Shown piece by piece: positions 37,731-51,807 of a stretch of DNA of 64,000 nt; within the stretch, counting starts at the first letter, position 1; every line of letters begins with the position of its first letter. The translations under genes were made by a program, and so were the position numbers. Source of the stretch: Eledone cirrhosa (taxonomy: Eukaryota); contig OZ024742.1 of assembly GCA_964016885.1 (NCBI GenBank), forward strand, positions 104,780,001 to 104,844,000, in the 5' to 3' direction. The notes below the pieces were generated by a model. It was given only the letters and a program-made list of their open reading frames with translations. It ran no database searches and was not told the origin of the DNA.

Positions 37731-40112
37731 ACAGTGAAAAAAACCCTTCTCTCAGACCATGACATGGTTCTTTGTAACCTGAGATTCCACCAGCCGAAAG
37801 CTAATCCTTTCCAGCCCACCCATTTGATAACATGGATCTCTACAATGCCAACTGGGATGCAATTATGAACGAACTAACACATGTTGACTGGTCTTTTACA
37901 CACGCACACATTTCCACCAACATCAAAACATCTTGGCAGATCTTTGTAGACACTGTCACAAATATATGTACAAAACACACCCCACCAAGACCTGTGAACA
38001 AAACTAAGTGCAGTATCCTCCAAAACAGAAAAACAATTATCAGAAAAATAAAAAGAAGAAACAAAAAATTAACACACTAAAATACTGCCAACAGCAACAC
38101 ACACATTCGACGTCTATCACTCTGCTTGAATCAAATAAATATAACCTCCAACAATGCATGAAGATCATCATCAATAACCAGAGAACAGCTGAAGAGAGGT
38201 GGGCCATTGAGAAAATCAAACTCAACCCCAAAGTGTTCTTTTCATTTGCTAAAAAACACAAGGTCACTGTTTCCACTGTTGGCCCTCTAGTTGATGAAAA
38301 TGGTACACTCAAAGATAATGCCAAAACCATGGGCGAGATACCTCAGAAACAATACTGCTCTGTTTTCAGCAATGCTGATATGGCCGATCTGGGCTGTATC
38401 AGAGATGTTAATCCCCAACACACTATATCAGACATAACGTTTGTCGCCCCTGATGTCTTAGCGGCAATAAACAAAATTAAATACAATTCAGCAGTAGGCC
38501 CCGACAGGTTCCCTGCTTGTGTCCTGAATGTGTGTTGACACCAACTTGCATCTCCTCTTGTTAATCTATGGAGGAACTCACTGGATACTGGCTATATTCC
38601 TGAAAACTTTCTGTCCCAGCCCATTGTCCCAGTCTTCAAAAAGGGAAACAAGTCCCTTGCAGTGAACTACCATCCGATCTCACTCACCTCTCATATTATC
38701 AAAGTATTTGAGAGTGTGGTGAGATCACGAATAACCCACTTTCTTGAAAGCAATAGCCTGCTGAACTCCAACCAACATAGGTTCTGTAATGGAAGGGACT
38801 GCCTAACGCAGCTCCTGCATCACTTTGACGATGTTTTGAGAGCCTTGGGAGAGGGCTCCAGCACTGATGTCATCTACCTTGATTTCAACAAGGCCTTTGA
38901 CAGGGTTGATCATAAGATTCTACTGAAAAAACTATCCAATATTGGTGTCTCTGGAAAGTTACTACAGTGGATCAAATGTTTCCTGACAGACAGAACCCAG
39001 CATGTTGTAGTCAAAGGAGTAAAATCAAGCCCTGCCAAAATCAGCAGTGGCGTCCCACAAGGCACTGTGTTGGGCCCACTTCTTTTCATCATCTACATTA
39101 ATGACATTACTGACATCATCAAGCACAGCAACATAAGAATCTTCACAGATGATTCCAAGGTACAAAGGGTCATCAATGAGGTGGGTGACCGGACTTGCCT
39201 TCAGTCACACCTACTGGCTGTTATCCAATGGGAAGAGATGAATAATATGCTGTTGAATGAGGATAAATTTGAACTAATCCACTTTGGAAAAAAGGATGCC
39301 CTGAAACTACCATACTCTCTTCCTTCAGGTGAAACTCTCGTGGCATCCAATAACATCAGAGACCTAGGAGTAATTGTGGACAACAACATGAGCTGGGCCA
39401 CTCATATAAACAGCAAAGTTGACATGGCCCGCAGAATGTGTTCCTGGATTCTCAGAACTTTCCAGTCGAGAGATATCCACACTGTTATCCTTCTCTTCTC
39501 CATTTTTGCCCACCCCACCTTGAATACTGTTGTCCACTGTGGTCTCCCCACATGAAACAAAGTATTATGAAAGTTGAAGCACCCCAAAGATCGATTACAA
39601 AAAAGATAGTTGCCATGACAGGCCTTGACTATTGGAGTCGATTAGAAAAGCTCAACCTTTATTCTCTCCAACGTTGCTGTGAGCGCTACATTATCTGCAT
39701 GATGTGGAAAATATTCCATCAGCTTTGCCCAAATGATGTTGGCATCACCTTTAATGTACACCCAAGGCTTGGGCCCCGTGCTATCTGCCCACGACAAAAC
39801 TCTCAAAACTCTCACTTGCATCTCATAACAACAATATGGCACAATTATTTCACCTCAATTGGTCCTGCTCTCTTTAATATTGCACAAAACACATTAGAAC
39901 AGAAACAGACCCCATCAAGTTCAAGAAGTCTTTGGACAAATTCCTTCAAGAAATCCCGGATAAGCCTCCTACACCCAGATATACCTCCATAAACAATAAC
40001 TCTCTGCTCGAGTGGGCCATGGTGCCCAAACACTGATTTGTAAGACTTCGCCAGATGGTGCTATTAAGTTAGACATGGCCTGGGCCAATACTGGCCGAAA
40101 CCTATCAAAGTT
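37731..40112 (+). mobile_element. 5'-truncated CR1/L2-group LINE, ORF2 pseudogenised (APE end, RT, C-terminus)
   Basis: Starts in the APE SDH motif (TLLSDHDMV); GPD, NYHPISLTS, YLDFNKAFDRVDH, SGVPQGTVLGPLLF, FTDD, RDLGV and LEYCCPLWSP motifs occur across frameshifted ORFs; flanked on both sides by the same TATATTAACATACA microsatellite. Confidence 0.92.
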
Positions 40113-41404
40113 ATATATATATTAACATACATATATATATATATATACATATATATATTAACATACATATATATATACATATATATTAACATACACACAC
40201 ACATATATATATATATATATATGTGTGTGTGTCTGATGGTAGCTAAGGTTCAAGGGATCAGACACCATACCCTGTTGACTGTATATGTCCCGCGGGGTAA
40301 GCCGACATAACCCAGGATGCCTACCCGACTCTGCACATCACCCTAGGCAACAACATTGCCTGAGCCGGGACAGGTTGACCCAAATTCCACTGATATTCAG
40401 TCCCGTGCCTTACACCAATAACACACTATACCTCCCTCACAGTGACATGCTCCAGTATGGCCTGTCCACGCACCCCCTACATGTGTATCTTTGCAGTAGA
40501 GAGTGCATACTCTCCGCGCATTCCATTTTGTAGCACCTAGTGTATTTTCCGTACACAGACGCACGTGTGTCTCTCATACTTCTCTTGTGTACTATCTCAT
40601 ATACATACACGTTCCTTCTTCTTTTTTATATATATTCTGCACGCATTTTCTATGTACGGTCTGCGCATACTATTTACTGTAATGTCATGAACGCACATTA
40701 TGTGGCTTTGCGTGAGGATTCCATAAGTGGTTTGATCCATGTTTGCACCGTAACAACATCTCTGTAGGCACATATAACAAGGTGCACCCTTTCATGTATA
40801 GCCCACCGTGTATATTTATGTGCCGTTATATGTATATTTTTTTAATATTTATATATATGTATTTTTTTTTTATATATGTATATATTTATAACAAGATGCA
40901 TCCTTTCATGTATGGCCCATTGTGTATCTTTATGTGACTTTGTGTGTGTATATTCTTTTTACGTATATATATATTTTTTTTTTTCTTATGCGTGCATGGG
41001 TGTGTATATGAATATGCGCCAATGTGTGTGTACAAGCACCCGTGTAGGGAAAGGGCTTGTTTGTGTGTATATATGTGTGTTTGCACGCGAGTGTATATCT
41101 GTGTGTGTATATATGTATATGTCTGTACGTGTTTGTGTGTACGGGTATATATACGCGTAAGCATGTGTATGCACATGTATGTGTGTGTGTATGTTGATGT
41201 ATATAGGCATATGGGTATGTGTCTGTGAGTGTACGTGCCTCTCTGGACATAATTATATGTTCCTCTTAAATGTGTGTGTATAGCGAGCGACTATGGGTAT
41301 GACTGTCATTATCTCTGTGCTTGTGTGTGTGTGTGTGCGTGTGCGCGCGAACAACCAAACACAGCAGTAATTTATTGAAGTGTAGCAGACATGGGACAGC
41401 TAAC

Positions 41405-43398
41405 GCCCTGATGGTCCTGCACTTTTTTACACCGCTGTCGTCTTTCATGCGCATCACGTGACCATACCAACATAGTCTTCTCTCAAGTAAACAGCATCTG
41501 ATCCCTCTTATTCTTAATTTTTCACTTAGTTCATTTATGCTTTGCCGTTCACGTATATTACTATTACACATCCAACAGAGCATGCATGCTTCGTTCCTTT
41601 CCAATCTGCACAGGTCCTCTGCACGTAATGCCCATGTCTCACTGCCATGTAGCATACAATCTGCCTTTCATTTTTTAGAGAGAAACCTTTTGTGGCCAAC
41701 AGCGGTATAAGCTCTCTGAACTTTTTCCATCCCGTTCTGACTCTGGCTACTGTACTTTCAGAACACCCTCCACCACTGCTGATTTCGTCTCCCAGGTAAC
41801 GGAAAGTGTCTACTATTTCGATAGAACCATCTGGGCAATAGAAGGAGCTAGTATCCTGTGGACACTTGCTACTTATTGCACCTGAGCATCGGCCACATAT
41901 AAAGTCTACGTTCTTAGATAATTTACCTGTGATCCCACTACATCTTTTATGTACCCATACTTTGCATTTCGGACATAAAATTGAATTTCTGGCTATTCCT
42001 TTCCTACACACTGAGCATGGCCATTTCCCTGAGGGTACCTGTGCCTTATTTTCCTTTCTACAAACTAGGACTTTAGTCTTAGACAAGTTAACTTTAAGGC
42101 CTTTTGATTCTAGGTCATGCTTCCATTTTGGAATTTCTTCTCTAGTTCAGCCATTGATTCAGCTATGAGTGTTAGATTCAGCTATGAGTGTTAGATCTGC
42201 GTATAGGAGTTCCGATGGGCAGCCGGTCTTGAACTCCCCTGTTTTAGCCTGAAGGGCAATAATAAATAGGAGGGGGCTAAGGACAGAGCCTTGGTGAACA
42301 CCAACTTTTACACTAAATTCTTCACAATATTCATTCTTAATTCTAACCTTACTGACTGTTTCATTATACATAGCTTGTATAGCTCTCACAAGCCATTCAT
42401 CTACACCTAGTTTTCTAAGAGCCCACCAGATAATCGAGCAGGGGACTCTGTCAAAGGCTTTCTCCAGGTCTACAAAAGCTAAGTAGAGGGGTTTACTTTT
42501 AGCTAGGCACTTCGCTTGTAGTTGTCGTACAAGGAAAAGAGCGTCTGTGGTACTTTTACCTGACACAAACCCAAACTGCATTTCATCTAGATCAATTCGA
42601 TCTCTGATTAGTTGCGCTATAACTCTTTCTGTTACCTTCATGACCTGGTCAACTAACTTAATGCCTCTATAGTTTCCTCTATCTAGAGCATCTCCTTTAC
42701 CCTTGTAGTAGTTAATGATGATGCTGCTACACCAGTCTTTTGGTATGACCCCATTCTGTATTACTTGGTTAACTATACGGGTGACCATAGTATTTCCCAC
42801 CATTCCAGATGCCTTCAACATCTCAGCAACTATCTCTGAAGACCCAGCTGCCTTGCCTGTCTTCATATCTTTGATTGCCTTACTTATTATACTACCTTTA
42901 ACTTGCACCGCTAGTCCTTCTATTGGATCGATTTGGGGCAGACTATCTTTTTCCCATTTATTCTCCTCATTTAGTAGTCTCTCATAGTGACACTTCCAGG
43001 CTATCTTCTTATCAGTATCAGTGATGGCAAGTACACCGTTATCATTACGGACACACTTCTCCCCAACAATATCACGGTTTTCCTTGACACATTGTCTAGC
43101 AATCCTGAACACCTCACGTTTTTTTGTTCCACCACCAAGTTACTCTCCTCCTGCCAATAGATCTGCTCCAGCCACAGATTTCATCCGTTGCTTTCAGCAG
43201 GTTCACTTTCAAGAATTGCCACTGTTCCTCTATATCGCACGTCTCTAATTGCTCTTCCTTATTGTCAAAGGCATCAAGTAATAAGCTTTTAAATTTGTCA
43301 CTGGCTATGGGGTCCTTCAACTTCCATATTCTTCTCCTCAAGGTAGGCCTCCTCTGTCGTCGAGTACGTCTATTCCTGACTATGAGGTCACTAACTAC
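41405..43398 (-). mobile_element. RTE-clade LINE, truncated and frameshifted, RT plus embedded PHD finger
   Basis: ORF 42159-43112 has NYRGIKL, QFGF, FVDLEKAFDRVP, GVHQGSVLSPLLF and LLYADL (damaged YADD). Downstream frames give KTKVL-[C4HC3]-FRYLGD, LHGSETW and RRLCWYGHVMRM. Confidence 0.92.
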
Positions 43399-43443
43399 TC
43401 TCTCTCTCTCTATATATATATAAACATACATATATATATATAT

Positions 43444-43529
<86 letters not shown>

Positions 43530-43604
43530 ATATGTGTGTATATATATATATATATATGTGTGTGTGTATATATATATATATATGTGTGTGTATATATATA
43601 TATA

Positions 43605-43667
<63 letters not shown>

Positions 43668-43690
43668 CATACATATATATATACACATAC
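43399..43690. repeat. (TC)n/(TA)n/(TG)n microsatellite at the RTE 5' truncation point
   Basis: Direct reading. Confidence 0.9.
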
Positions 43691-44406
43691 AAAAGAACAT
43701 ATGATGATATGAGGACGATGGTGATGTAGTAATTATATCATAAAAGTTTTATTTTATCCATTTAGAAACATACATTTATTTTTTCTTAATAGTACTATTG
43801 TTTACTATGAAGTGCTGAAATATTTGGTAGCACTTCTGCAGCCTGGACATTGATACAATCTCACTGAATCTCTTGAAAGTTAGTTAATGGTGAGATATTA
43901 TAAACCAGAGAAGAGAGGGAGAGGGGGTTTTCTTTCTGCCTTTGTTTTTTTTTTTGTTCTTCTTTTCTTAATTACATTAAACATGAGAGTAGTTAATATC
44001 AGTTTGATATATAAAGTAATTCTTTTATGTGTTGGTCAATCATCCCCTTTTGTACAAATAAATCTACTTTTTTATTTTATTTTTGAACTTTGTTTTATTG
44101 TATTATTGAATTTTTAACTTTGGTTGTGTGATACAACCACAGAGAAACATGTAATGAATCTATATATACATATATATACACACACACAAACATACCTATA
44201 CAAACATACCTATACAAACATATATATGAATTGCTGTCTGTATATGCACACACATACCTGTGCAATTAGAAAGATTGTGTGTGTATAACTTACTATAAAA
44301 GAAAAAGCGATTAAATAGTGATTGAAGAAAAGGAAAAATACAGAAAATGATACATTTTTACGCTTATTATATAGACATATACATACTATACATACATATG
44401 TACATG

Positions 44407-44646
44407 TGTGGTGCCACGAACATCCAGCCAACACTGTAAAGTGGTTGTGTAGGAGACACGACAAAAAGCATCCACCATACACTGTAAATGTGGTTGGTGT
44501 TAGGAAGGGCATCCAGCTGTAGGAATCTAACCAGAAACAGTCCTATATGAGCAAGACATGGTCACCCAATCCAACTTACTTCTAATGGGACAAACCTGTC
44601 TAACCCACGCTAGAGTGGAAAATAGACATTAAACAATGATTATGAT
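44407..44646 (+). mobile_element. RTE 3'-UTR fragment with two 48-bp units
   Basis: Same unit and tail motifs as 1-470. Confidence 0.75.
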
Positions 44647-45134
44647 GTATATATATATATATAAAGATATACATATATATATTTATTACACACATCATCA
44701 CCACAATTTTATATCTGTGTTCAATGCTGGCATGGGTTGGGCATGTTGTCAGGTTCTAATACTAAACAGATCAGGTGGCCACATACTACTCCAACATTCC
44801 AATTTGGCATAATTTCTACACCTAGATGCTCTTCCTAGTGTCAACCACTTTACAGTGTGTACTCTGTGTTTTACCTTAGCACTACCACTACTACTACTTT
44901 ACAGAGTTGGCTGGGAGTATTCTATTATGACACCAGCACCACCACTTTACAGAATGGTGTTTTATTTATTGACCCCAGAAGAATGAATTTGTCCTCATCA
45001 GGATTTGAACCCACAGTGCCAACAGCCAGAATAATTATTGCTTAACATTCTGTTCAACTCTAATGTCCCTGTCAATTGGGCATCTATTTACAAACATATA
45101 CATTCACACAAATATATATATAAAAAAAAAAAAA

Positions 45135-45303
45135 AGGATCGATTGACTTTCGTCAAATCGGACCGAGGAAACAATGTTTCCGTTGGTCTTTCCAGTTGCT
45201 AGTACTATCTATCGGTCGCAATTGCAGGTAGAAGGAGCAACGTGAAATAAAGTGTCTTGCTCAAGGACATAACGCATCGCCCGGTCCAAGAATCGAACTC
45301 ATA
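45135..45303 (-). mobile_element. CORE-type SINE fragment, different subfamily
   Basis: GGAGCAACGTGAAATAAAGTGTCTTGCTCAAGGA...CCCGGTC...AATCGAACTC matches the head and CORE region, but the downstream sequence differs. Confidence 0.65.
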
Positions 45304-45309
45304 AAAAAA

Positions 45310-45342
<33 letters not shown>

Positions 45343-45485
45343 CATACACACAAATATATACACACACACATACACACACACATATATATATATATATGCA
45401 GATCAAACCCGAGCTGATCGATATAGAAACAATTGTAATATGAAATAAAGTTTCACAAAAAGCCGCAATTCTTATTTCCCCCCCC

Positions 45486-45551
<66 letters not shown>

Positions 45552-45695
45552 AAGTCGTTTTCAAATATGAAAACAGATAAAGGTAGAAGAAATTTTAACA
45601 GCTCAGAAATACGAGATTTATTACAGTAAACCGTTCATAAGGCTACATACAATTTTTAATAGCATGAATTCCTTAATACGAATGTTTATGATTTT

Positions 45696-45738
<43 letters not shown>

Positions 45739-46153
45739 GTGGTGGTGGTGGTGGTGGGGGGGGGGATAGATAAATAAACATAACAAGAAAGCAACAAACC
45801 ATAAAATAATTATAAAATACCACAAAATGATGTGTGTAAAATGCCAAACATAAAATTAAGGGTACATATCTTAAATATTTTCAGTGAAGCATATTTTTTA
45901 AATTTTGATTCCTGCTTTTTTTTTATTTATTTAACTATTAATTAAGCCCAAAGAATACATACAGACATCATCATCAGTGTTTAACATCTGCTTTCCCTAG
46001 ATTATCATATTATATATATATGTATATATACTGTAATACTGTATATATCTATCTATATATATATACTGTATATATATAAACAATGTATATATATATACAT
46101 ATATATATATATGTGATGATGATATATATGCTGTTTATATATATATATACATT

Positions 46154-46199
<46 letters not shown>

Positions 46200-46362
46200 A
46201 GTATATATATCATCATCACATATATATATATGTATCATCATCATCATCATCATTTCATTTTACGTCTGCTTTTTCCCTGCTTGCAATATATATATATCAT
46301 CATCATCATCATCATCAACGTTTAACGTCCGTGTTCCACGCTTGCATGGGTTTGGACGGCAG

Positions 46363-46393
<31 letters not shown>

Positions 46394-46479
46394 CTTAGTG
46401 TGAAGTTTGGGTTTGAAATAAATCTTTTGTGACATCAGTCCTGGAACTTTTCTGACACACCTCGTATATATATATACTG

Positions 46480-46638
<159 letters not shown>

Positions 46639-47063
46639 TGTATATATATATATATACTGTATATATATATATATATACATACTGTATATATATATAAATA
46701 TATATATATGTACACATACATACAATGTGATGATGATTACTCGTATATCTTCAAAGACCCCCAACAAAAATTGTTTTCAAGAATTTAACTTGAATCGAGA
46801 AAAAAAATACAATTAATTAAATGGGAAAATTAGAAAAAAATAATGATCATTATTTTAAAATCTGGGTAAAAATGATGATTCATGAGTTTTATGTGTAAGG
46901 TGAAAGAATTAGTTAACTGGGTATCTAAACAACGCCCTTACATTCTTTGAGTACTTAACTGTAAACTATTAAATATATTAAATATACAAAGGAGGTTTTT
47001 TTTCCCTGAATCAAAACATTCCTTATCATTTGTAAATGGATTCCTCTCAATGTAGAGAACTAT

Positions 47064-47230
47064 AATAATTGTTTCTACTTTTGGCACAAGGCCAGCAATT
47101 ATCTCAGTGTATTACTGGTACTTTATTTTATTGACCCCCGTAAGGATGAAAGGCAAAGTTAACCGTGGCAAGATTTGAACTCAGACCATAAAGGGCTGAA
47201 ACTCTTTGCTGCAAAGCATGGTGTCTGAAC
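47064..47230 (-). mobile_element. Family B SINE, 5'-truncated, between two copies of a ~115-bp direct duplication (46955-47068, 47272-47380)
   Basis: Family B body; AACTGTAAACTATTAAATATATT...CTCTCAA...AACTATAATAAT occurs on both sides. Confidence 0.8.
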
Positions 47231-47997
47231 TAATTATAACAAATAATAGTTGAAAGCAATCTTTGAATTCCTAACTGTAAACTATTAAATATATTATGTA
47301 TATGCAGGAGGCGTTTGTGAATCAGAACATACTTTATCATTTGATATTATAGCCCTCTCAATTCAAATAACTATAATAATAGTTGACCACAATAAACAAT
47401 AGTTGAAAATAAATTGGTTAAATTACCTTCAGAGACACAAAAAAAGTGGACAAAGATGCCCAAGAGGAGTTGATCTATCCATCTCCAGTATACCAGCTAG
47501 TTTGATATCCCACAGGTGTTTTTGTCCACTTTTTTCAATCTCCAAAAGTACTTTACTTGATTTTTTTCTACTATTATTTATAGTGATTAGCTATTATTTT
47601 AGTTATCTGCACTGGGATGACTATTTTTTCAAATTACAAATTTCCCAACGCCTTCTAAATGAAACAGATGTTTATTCTTTATCAGGATTTTTAATACCAA
47701 ATATATCAGTCAAAAATTCTTTGTTCTTTGTAAGTAATAAGGGCTTTCTAGTGGTGCAGAAAATATTAATCTTTTGAGGAGAAAAAAAAAATTGAAAGCA
47801 TTAAAAGCTGTCTTCTGGTGGTAAATATGTTTAATCTTTCTTCTCTAATGAGTTAACATGAAGACAAAATGGGAGGGATGAAAAATACCTTGTATTTATT
47901 AACTTGAACAAATTTCACAGTCAGGGAGAAGATGAGATATGTTTGTTTAAAATATTTTAATTATTTTCAGGTTTCTTTGTTTTGGTATGACTGTGTG

Positions 47998-48050
<53 letters not shown>

Positions 48051-51000
48051 ATATATACACACACCCATATATTAGATATATCTAGATTTTCATGTGTATG
48101 TATATATATATATATACATACATATGTATGTATGCATTTAGGTATGTTTATCTATGTATATATACATATACACATTTATGTTAATAAACCAGTAGATGTT
48201 TTAAGTATTTACAAAGATGGCATCTCACCAACTAATATAGTTAATTTTTGGCAATCCATCAATATTTAGTTATCTCATGTGAATGTGAAGATAAACAGTG
48301 ACAGAAGTTTGACTTATCCCAACCAGACCTATCCATCAGTGAGTAATTAACCCTTTTATTTATTTCCATATTGCTAATGAAATACACTTCCAATGTGTAT
48401 CAATTTATTTTGAAAAGGATAAAAAAGATTGAAGCAGTTCAGTAATATAACTTTTTGATTATTAAGCTGATATTTGAAATACAACTTAAAAAGTGTTAAC
48501 ATAAAATGGTGGAAGGTTTTGATATACATATATGCTGAAGAAAAAAAGAGTAGTTTTGTGCCATAGAACCAGGGGCAGTTTCAGGCTGATTGGTATCAGA
48601 AAGGTTAAACCTGATGGCTTCATGAAAATGTTCTTCAGCTTCATAGCTATTGTAGATTTTTAGTTCAACCCTACAAATCAACATATCTTCTATCACTTAT
48701 ACACTTCTCTCACTGTTTAAAATAAAGAGATGCATCTCCTCATGGGATATATTTACTACTAAGTGGACTGAGCCAAAGAGTGTCTTCACTATAAACTTCA
48801 TGTCATTTCCATTTAATGATTAACATTTAAAATCAATGGTCTATTACAGATTAGTGATGCAAATCTGACAAATGCGTGACTCTCCCAGTTACAGATTACT
48901 AGGTTCTGAATATGAATGTATTCTTCTCAGTTGTTGAGGAAGCATGGTTAAATGATTAAGAAGTTCACTTTGCAATACATAGATCTTGAATTTGATACCA
49001 ATACATGGGTAAGTGTCATTGCTCAACCTATGCTTTGTGAGTGAAATTGGGTTCATGGAAACTCTTTTGAAGCTCTTTGGGTGGACTGTACCTATAATTT
49101 AAAAGGTCAGTCTCATCCCACACTGTGTCATGCTGAATCTACCTGAGAATTACATTAAGGGTACACGTTTCTGTGAAATGTTCATCCAGTTGCACATTAA
49201 TTTCACAACTTGGCTGCTTGATTGATTGAACAACTAGATCACACATTGTCATAACTGACAACAGTCTTTTCCAATTGCCTTGATGTAAGCTTACTAAACT
49301 CTGACAGTGACTATAAACAGATTACCTTTAGGGACAGACATAGATAAGTTCGAGGAACTGCATATATTGTTAGGATATTCTCATACAGAATTTGTAATCC
49401 TTGGACATTTTAATGCATATTTTTCAAAATGTACTTTAGGGAAAAATGAATAAGATGATGACAATGGCACTAATGTTGATGATGATGGCAATAATGATGA
49501 TGATTATTTATATGAGAAATATATAAAGAGTTTCATTTATTATATACAAAAGAATTAGGCACTTCTTTGAAATGATGAATACAAGTATTCAAATTTCAGA
49601 CATACTCTAATAACATTTACAAACACTAATATGGTAGTTTTCTGAAATATACTTATGCCTATAGGTAATCTGAAAACTTTTTTTATTGAATTGATTGTGT
49701 ATATTCCAACTGCACCAATTCAAATGGAGTATTGGATATTATTTTCTATCTTAACCCTTTTTATACACCTAATATTACCCCTCCATATACACGCACACAT
49801 GTATATCATGACTCATACACTATTCAATTCCCTGACATTTGTATATTATTCTATGTACTATACATGCACCTTTGATGAGTTGTAGTGCACATGAGCACTG
49901 TACACAATAATTTCATTATTATTATTATATACCACCCTGGCCAAAACTGGCTCTGGTTCTGTGAAACAAAACCACCGATTTTAAAGGGTTTAGATTAAAA
50001 TCTTCCTAAGTAATTCTATATAAGAGCCACATGTTATGTTGCTATATTAGTATTCATGTAATTCCTGCCCAACCCATGCTGGCATGGAAAACAGTCGTAA
50101 AATGATGAGGATGATGACATTAATAGATTCTGAGGAATCTTGTTATAACTTGATATAGCAACAAAAAAAAAAAAAAAAAAAATCAAGGGTGAGCTAAATT
50201 TAAGTTCAAGAAACTTAAGGATTCATGAAAAACTAGAAAAAGTAAAAAATAATGAAAAAGAAAAAATCATCCCAATGATTCATTATTTTATTTCCGAATC
50301 TGTGTTAAATTGGTGAGTATTATAATGGGGGTGCGTTGTATATTAAATAAACACATCATATAGAGCAGCTTACCCTAGTTATCTTATTGGGAAATAGATA
50401 AATCTTTATTTAATTCAGTTCCTAACTTTGAAGTGGAACCCCTAACCTATTTAAACAAAATAATATTCAAAAATATCTAGCATTTATAGTAGTAGCTTTA
50501 TGGCATACATCTGGAGTATATTGGTGTTATAGAATAAAAGAGACATTCACTTTCAGAAAATAATAATAATATGGAGTAAATAAAAGATTCTAACTAAAGT
50601 AAAAGAAATATAATACTTCTATCTATATGTTATATGCCCACCTCCCTATCTCTCTCTTTCTCTCTCTCTCTTTGGTTCCATGAAACTTTTTATTTTCTTA
50701 CACCCACATTATGTTTATTTTACAATATTTTCTACCATATTAAAACATTTTCTTACATATTTCTTCCCTAAAACTGTATATTTTTCTAAAAGAAATCTTT
50801 GTCACAGATTCTGTTTTATCAAACTCCTACACCTAATAACATTGTTGGAACATCATTAAGTGTTTTATGGTGCTTGCTAATCACGGCCAAATTTAAAATC
50901 ATGAAACCAGGGTTTGGTTATATATTTCTGTATATTAAGACTTAACATCTTATACCACATGAAGCCACAATAGCAAGACATTCATGAAAAGTAAAAACAA

Positions 51001-51761
51001 AAAAACATCATCATGATTGCATCACATTAAAAATTGAAATCTTTACTCTAATACTGCAAATTTTTACAAGTATCTGTTCATTATAAACATTTGAATTAAC
51101 AAATCCAAACTAGCAATCAAACAATGAATGTAAAGGAGAAAAAAAATTATGTAGAAAAATGTAAACATAAATTTCAAATATTGTAAACAAAGTTAATTTT
51201 TATAATAAATAAACTTTTATGTCTAGGATATAATTGCATAAAAAAAAAAAAAATGAAAAAAAGAAATGAAAAAAAGAAAAAGAAAAAAATGTTCAAGCAA
51301 CAAACGAAAGGGAGAGGGGGAGGAACAGTCACTACACCCTAGTCTAAGCACTGCCTCAGCTGCACCCCACAAACCAAATGGCAAAAGCATTACTGTGGAA
51401 AATGGCCAGAGACGCCCGCTGCAACAACCATATTGAAAATATGTTAGCTGAATGTAGTCTGTTTCAACATTGATTCTTAACCATGAAAAATATTTCAATA
51501 AGTTAGGTAAGATGAAAAAGTGGACAGACAATACTGCCCACATTTTCTGTCTCTAGGAGCTTATCTGCCCAACTTGTTGGTGTATTTTTCCTAGTAACAA
51601 ATCTACATTGAAGCAGTTAACATTAAGCTAACATATTTTCAAAATTTCAAAATTTTGTTTAGGAAAGACGAGAATAGATTAAAATAGCCAAAAATTGGGA
51701 CAAAACATAAAATGAAAAAGGAAATGGGGGAATGAGTTGGAGTTAAAAAAACAAGCAGAAG

Positions 51762-51807
<46 letters not shown>

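Noticed and set aside
40074-40110. GGCCA-ATAC-TGGCC-GAAAC resembling hammerhead stem II plus GAAAC
   Set aside because: The CUGANGA box is missing; better explained as the 3'-terminal stem-loop of the CR1-type LINE.
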